NCBI GenBank assembly: GCA_963666215.2
Contig: CAXWPL010000005.1
Location: 32,001-96,000, forward strand
Source: Acidobacteriota bacterium
GTDB taxonomy: Bacteria; Acidobacteriota; UBA890; WLXD01
DNA: 64,000 nucleotides
Reading direction: 5' to 3'
Shown here one piece after another: positions 59,351 to 64,000 of this stretch. The notes below the pieces were generated by a model. That model ran no database searches and had not been told where the DNA came from. It saw only the letters and a program-made list of their open reading frames with translations. How positions within the stretch are numbered: the first letter of the stretch is position 1; the number at the start of each line of letters is the position of its first letter. The position numbers and the translations under genes were made by a program.

Positions 59351-60088
59351 ATGGCCGAACAGACCATCCTGATCATCGACGATGATACCGAGCTCTGCGA
59401 GCTGGTTGGCGAGTACGTCGGCGCCGAAGGCTTCGAGACTCTCGCCGAGCATGACGGCGAGCGCGGGATGCAGATGGCAGTTGCCGGCGCCGCGTCGCTG
59501 GTGTTGCTCGACGTCATGCTGCCCGGCTCGAACGGCTTCGAGCTGCTGCGCCGGCTACGCGCAGAGTCTGACATTCCGGTGATCATGCTGACGGCGCGTG
59601 GCAACGACATCGACCGCATCGTCGGTCTCGAGATCGGCGCCGACGACTACCTGCCCAAGCCGTTCAACCCCCGCGAGCTCGTCGCCCGGATCCGAGCCGT
59701 CTATCGACGCTCCGAAGCGGGTCTCGGCCGGCCGCCAAACCGCCTGCTGACCGTCGGCGATCTTACCCTCGACGTAGGAGCCCGAACCGTACGGCTCGAG
59801 GGAGAGCAGGTCACCGTCACGGCAGTGGAATTCGATCTGCTCGAGCGCCTCTTGCGGGTCGCCGGGACGGTTGTGTCGCGCGACCGCCTTGCCCGTGACG
59901 TGCTCGACCGTGAGTACTCCGTGATCGACCGGAGCATCGACATGCACGTCAGCAACCTGCGCAAGAAGCTCGGCCCGGTGCTAGGAGAAACAGAGCGAAT
60001 CAAAACCGTGCGCGGAGTCGGCTACCTGTACACGAACCCCTCCGTGCCAACGACCGAGCGGCCCGCGCCGCTCCTGGCCAGCGGCTGA
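59351..60088 (+). CDS. OmpR-family response regulator, CpxR-like
   Basis: LIIDDD, LLDVMLP, GADDYLPKPFNPREL, DRSIDMHVSNLRKKL, IKTVRGVGY. Confidence 0.92.
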   Translation: MAEQTILIIDDDTELCELVGEYVGAEGFETLAEHDGERGMQMAVAGAASLVLLDVMLPGSNGFELLRRLRAESDIPVIMLTARGNDIDRIVGLEIGADDYLPKPFNPRELVARIRAVYRRSEAGLGRPPNRLLTVGDLTLDVGARTVRLEGEQVTVTAVEFDLLERLLRVAGTVVSRDRLARDVLDREYSVIDRSIDMHVSNLRKKLGPVLGETERIKTVRGVGYLYTNPSVPTTERPAPLLASG

Positions 60089-60093
60089 CCACC

Positions 60094-61566
60094 ATGAACA
60101 AGCTGTTTGTGAAGATTTTCCTCTGGTTCTGGCTGGCGATGGCGTTGGTGGCGGCGGCCCTCTTCCTGCCCACCGAGCTCGTCCAGGCGCAACGAGTGTC
60201 GAGCGAGTGGCGGGCGTTCAGTCGTCAGCGCATGGTCGTGTTCGGCCGTACCGCCGTCCATGCTCTGCACGTTGGAGGTCAACAGGGACTCCGCGACTAC
60301 ATCCAAGATGCAGAGGAGGAGACGTCGGGTATCTTCCCCTACGTCTTCGACGCGGAGCTCAACGAGCTCGCGGGCCGCAGGGTGCCGCCCGAGGCGCAAG
60401 AGGTGGCCTCCCTGTCTCTCGAGGGTGGCGAGGAACGCCCCACGGCCCGAGCCGCGGGAGAGCTCGGAGGGGTCTTTGCCGGAGGCACGTTCCTCGACCG
60501 TCGCGGACACCGCCACGTAATCGTCCAGTGGTTCCCGCCGCGTCTCAACCCGCCGGGGGCTCTGTCGCTGGCCGGCAGCTGGGCGGCCGTCGTGCTGATA
60601 TCAGGATTGGTCTGCTACGGGCTGGCCAGCTACCTGGCTGCACCCGTCTCCAAGCTCGGAGAAGCCACCCGTCGCTTCGCGGAGGGCGACTTGCAAACTC
60701 GAGTCGGACCGGAGCTCGGCACGCGCACCGATGAGATCGCCGACCTGGGCCGCGACTTCGACGACATGGCCGGACGTATCGAGTCGCTGTTGAACAAGCA
60801 GCAGCAGCTGTTGAGCGACATCTCGCACGAGCTACGCTCGCCCCTCGCACGTCTCTACGTCGCACTTGGCCTGGCGAGGCGGCGGTCTGGGCCGGAGGCG
60901 CGAGAGGCCCTCGACCGGATCGAGCGCGAGACCGAGCGACTCAACGAGTTGATCGGCCAGTTGCTGACGTTGACACGCCTCGAATCGGGCGATCCCGCAG
61001 CCAGGCTCGCTCCTGTCGAGCTTTCGGCCCTCGTCGGACAGATCGCCTCCGACGCCAACTACGAGGCTAGCGGTCGTGACCGCGGCGTACGTGTGATCGA
61101 GAGCGAGCGTTGCGAGTCGATGGCGATCGTCGAGTTGCTCGAGCGGGCGGTGGAGAACGTCGTCCGCAACGCCGTGCGCTACACCCCGGCGGGGACGTCC
61201 GCCGAGATCTCACTGCGCAAGCAAAACAACGGCGGCGGCGCGGCAGGCGAAGCGATCATCTCGGTACGCGACCACGGCCCGGGCGTGCCCGACGAGGCGT
61301 TGAGCGAGCTATTCCGTCCCTTCTACCGGACCGGTGACGCACGCGACCGCGGCAGCGGCGGAACCGGGCTCGGGCTCTCCATCTCGGAGCGCTCGATTCG
61401 TCTCCATGGCGGCACCATCGCCGCCGAGAATGCCAGCGGCGGCGGCCTACGCGTAGAAATGCGCCTGCCGCTAACTCTTCCGACCGCTGGTGGCGAGCGC
61501 CGCAACGGCGCGGCGAGCGCCGCATCGGCGCCCCACACGTCGTCAATCGCCGAGCCGGTCGACTAG
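60094..61566 (+). CDS. HAMP sensor histidine kinase, CpxA-like
   Basis: KLFVKIFLWFW, DISHELRSPLARL, ENVVRNAVRY, DHGPG, GGTGLGL. Confidence 0.92.
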   Translation: MNKLFVKIFLWFWLAMALVAAALFLPTELVQAQRVSSEWRAFSRQRMVVFGRTAVHALHVGGQQGLRDYIQDAEEETSGIFPYVFDAELNELAGRRVPPEAQEVASLSLEGGEERPTARAAGELGGVFAGGTFLDRRGHRHVIVQWFPPRLNPPGALSLAGSWAAVVLISGLVCYGLASYLAAPVSKLGEATRRFAEGDLQTRVGPELGTRTDEIADLGRDFDDMAGRIESLLNKQQQLLSDISHELRSPLARLYVALGLARRRSGPEAREALDRIERETERLNELIGQLLTLTRLESGDPAARLAPVELSALVGQIASDANYEASGRDRGVRVIESERCESMAIVELLERAVENVVRNAVRYTPAGTSAEISLRKQNNGGGAAGEAIISVRDHGPGVPDEALSELFRPFYRTGDARDRGSGGTGLGLSISERSIRLHGGTIAAENASGGGLRVEMRLPLTLPTAGGERRNGAASAASAPHTSSIAEPVD

Positions 61567-62615
61567 CTACGCTCCAAGTCCGACAGCCACGCCTCAACGA
61601 GTCCCAGCTCACGCTGGGGAAAGAAATCGCCGGCGATCAGCGCCGCGTAGCACCTGCTCAGATTGACTCCGACCGCATCCACGCCAGCATCGAGGTCGAG
61701 GTCTCCGAGAGTTTCTACGAGCTCCTGGTTGCGCGTGTATCCAGGAATTTCGTCACGAAAATCACGCATCAGATCGTGCTCGTTGCGTTCCTGCACCATC
61801 TCAGCGGCGTGAAAAACGACGCCGACTCCGAGCTCCCAGACGCATCTCTGCGCGATGAGTCCACGCCAGATGTCGGTCATCCGGAACGAGCAGTAGCTGG
61901 GCAGGTAGAGCAGCGGATAGGCGTCTGGCCACCACCACGTGCACTGGCTGTTGAACGGGCACCAACTGCCTGGCGCCAAGGTCACGCTGGGGCCGCGCTC
62001 GAACTCGAACGGGCGATCCAGAACAAGGCGCCAAACCGCGTCGACGTCGGGCGACCCGTCCGCAAGCCCCTGCTGAATCGGCGCACGCACGACCGAAGGC
62101 TGCTCCAGATTCGCGCGGTCGGGCTGGCCGCGAACCTCTTACAGAGGCAGTCCCCGGGGCCAGATCAGCGCGTCGCTGAACAAGCCGTAGACGTTGACCC
62201 AGCCCTCTCGAGCGAACGTCCGCGCTTCGGTCTTCTGTGACCTCGGCGCCCAGTGCGACAGCGGAGCGTTGTCGTCGTCGGTCTCGAAAATGCAGCCGGC
62301 GTTGTCGTGGATTGCGCGCAGGTAGCCGAGGTTCTTACGGGCGTAGTGCCCGGTTGGCAGATCGCTCACCAGCTCGTAGGGCAGCCGCTGCTGTGCGGCG
62401 AGCGTCAGAAGGCGAGCGCTCGGCAGATCATAGCTGTCGGGCCCCTTCTGGTCGCCAATGATGTGCAGCGGCCGACCAGACCCGCGTAGCCGCGCCTCGA
62501 GCGCGACGACACTCGGCGTCGGAGGGTGAATCGTCGTGATGACGACGTGGAGACCGCTATCGGCCCCGACGGGCGCTGGGGTTGGGCCCGCGCCGCTGTC
62601 GAATCGCGCCACCAT
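61563..62615 (-). pseudogene. STELLO/DUF288-like glycosyltransferase with an in-frame TAA (62139-62141)
   Basis: VITTI, IGDQKGP, YARKNLGYL, ETDDDN, WPRGLPL*, QQGLADGSPDVDA, PFNSQ, RMTDIWRG; both ORFs share one frame. Confidence 0.8.
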
Positions 62616-63382
62616 CAGGCCCGCCTCGCCTCGCGACGCAGTATCAGGAGATTGCGCAGAGCCTCGCCGAGGTTCGCACTACCGATGCTGCTGCTCGGAT
62701 TGCGATAGCTGATCGGTACTTCCACCCAATTGAGCTCGTGCATGAGGTAGCGAATCTCGGTCTGGAAAAAATGCGCTCGGCTGCGGACCCCCCGATCGAG
62801 CACGCGTTGCAGCGCCGCCCGAGTGAAGCACTCGAAGCCGCTGGTCATATCGCGCATCCGCGTGCCGAGCATCAGGTTGGCGAGAATCGTACCTCCACGG
62901 CTCACGACGAACCTCCAGGGAGTCGTCTGCATGTCGGAGCCTGACATGAAGCGGCTGCCGGCTACGAAGCTCGCTCCTCTGGCCATGGCGTCCAGAAAGC
63001 GCGGTATCTCTGCAGGCGCGTGGCTCAGGCCGCCGTCCATCTCGAGAATCCATTCGCATTCATCGTCCATCGCCTCGCGATACCCGCGGAAGTAGGCGTC
63101 GACGACGCAGCGATTCTCGGGAGCCCACACCAGCCGCACGCGCTCGTCGCGTTGCCCATGCTCCTCCACCAGGCCACGCGTGCCATCACGACTGACGTTG
63201 TCGAGAACGCAGTAAATCCGGTCGCCGCTGTCGAGGTGCTCGAGAACACCTGCGAGCAACGTCTCGATGGTGTTCTGCTCGTTGGCCAGCGGTACGACCA
63301 CACCAAGCTTGGGTCGTTGCAACGGTGCGTTCTCCGGAGACAGAGGCGTCGGCCAAGCGGCGTCGTCCCGCGAGGATTCCAC
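62615..63382 (-). CDS. GT2, polyprenol-phosphate mannose synthase-like
   Basis: VVVPLANE, DNVSRDGT, MDGGLSH, GSRF, DMTSGF. Confidence 0.85.
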   Translation of the reverse strand: MESSRDDAAWPTPLSPENAPLQRPKLGVVVPLANEQNTIETLLAGVLEHLDSGDRIYCVLDNVSRDGTRGLVEEHGQRDERVRLVWAPENRCVVDAYFRGYREAMDDECEWILEMDGGLSHAPAEIPRFLDAMARGASFVAGSRFMSGSDMQTTPWRFVVSRGGTILANLMLGTRMRDMTSGFECFTRAALQRVLDRGVRSRAHFFQTEIRYLMHELNWVEVPISYRNPSSSIGSANLGEALRNLLILRREARRA

Positions 63383-63482
63383 AAGGTGACGAAGAGTCGG
63401 TCCGCCTGGGTTCTTCTCTCGCTCGCGGCTCTTTCTCGGAGCAACAACCAGCTCAAAGGCCCCACGGTAAGCGCCGCTACCG

Positions 63483-64000
63483 CTAGACGTTCAGAGCTGC
63501 CTCGGAGTCGACCGTCTGGAAACTGGCTTCAGGCGTTGCTTCGGCTTTGCCGGCCCCATCGGCGCCATTCGCGAGAAACCACTCGTAGGTCCTTTGGAGT
63601 CCTTGTGGCAGCTCGACGCGATGGTTCCACCCGAGATCATGCAGCCGTGTGACGTCGAGCAGCTTGCGCGGCGCCCCATCCGGCTTGCCGGTGTCGAAGC
63701 GCAGGCTCGCCTCCGGGTAAACAACCGCGGCTACCCGTAGCGCGAGGTCGGCAATGGTCAGGTCTTCGCCGGTACCCACGTTGAGATGGGGCTCGCCGTC
63801 GTAGGCATCCATCAAGAACAGGCAAGCATCGGCGAGGTCGTCAACGTAAAGAAACTCGCGCCGCGGACTCCCCGTGCCCCAAATCGTGACCTCTGGCTCC
63901 CGCGCCAGCTTGGCATCGTGGAACTTTCGGATCAGCGCCGGGATGACGTGTGAGCTCTGCAGATCAAAGTTGTCGTGCGGCCCATACAGGTTCGTCGGCA
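63483..64000 (-). CDS. fcl: GDP-L-fucose synthase (3' part; start outside the window)
   Basis: PTNLYGPHDNFDLQSSHVIPALIRKF, WGTGSPRREFLYVDDLA, LNVGTG, KPDG. Confidence 0.93.
   Translation of the reverse strand, partial: PTNLYGPHDNFDLQSSHVIPALIRKFHDAKLAREPEVTIWGTGSPRREFLYVDDLADACLFLMDAYDGEPHLNVGTGEDLTIADLALRVAAVVYPEASLRFDTGKPDGAPRKLLDVTRLHDLGWNHRVELPQGLQRTYEWFLANGADGAGKAEATPEASFQTVDSEAALNV

Noticed and set aside
20134-62141. Stop-codon recoding to explain internal stops
   Set aside because: The lesions are heterogeneous (TAG with frameshift, TAG, TAA), and TAG ends many intact genes here.
1-64000. CRISPR array, cas genes or rRNA
   Set aside because: No regularly spaced repeats, Cas motifs or rRNA-like sequence were seen.

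Overview
High-GC bacterial window; the gene repertoire (Ser/Thr kinase-TolB-TPR, PEGA/NHL proteins, futalosine pathway) is Acidobacteriota-like, which is inference only. 1-24 kb is mostly housekeeping: a PP2C/TPR-NHL/PEGA-PDZ/cyclodeaminase operon, a complete Rrf2-sufCBD-Rieske-sufSUT operon with a palindromic operator, two broken Ser/Thr kinases, a PD40-amidohydrolase, a Tat-signal alanine racemase homolog and tRNA-Val(CAC). After the tRNA is a ~21 kb IS-riddled exopolysaccharide island: priming transferase split by an IS3-family element, Wzz/Wzy/Wzx-like genes, a GT4-kinase fusion and a second kinase. It ends in a triple nest: IS256 inside IS110 inside the terminal inverted repeat of an IS6. 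Removing the IS256 in silico reconstructs a full bridge-RNA-like non-coding end. Its target guides (TAAGTTGAC/GCACTG) match the IS6 inverted repeat and its donor guides (ATAGGAGC/CATCACAG) match the IS110's own ends. This reads as an RNA-guided element programmed against another IS family, split inside its targeting loop. The rest holds kynureninase-like, mqnD, a HAD phosphatase, a large secreted lyase-like gene, korAB, a second glycan cluster (WecA-like, GT4s, STELLO-like, GT2, fcl) and a CpxRA-like pair with a CpxR box. Deletion-fusion scars and point lesions are frequent. No CRISPR array or rRNA was seen. All calls come from manual reading; no searches were run.
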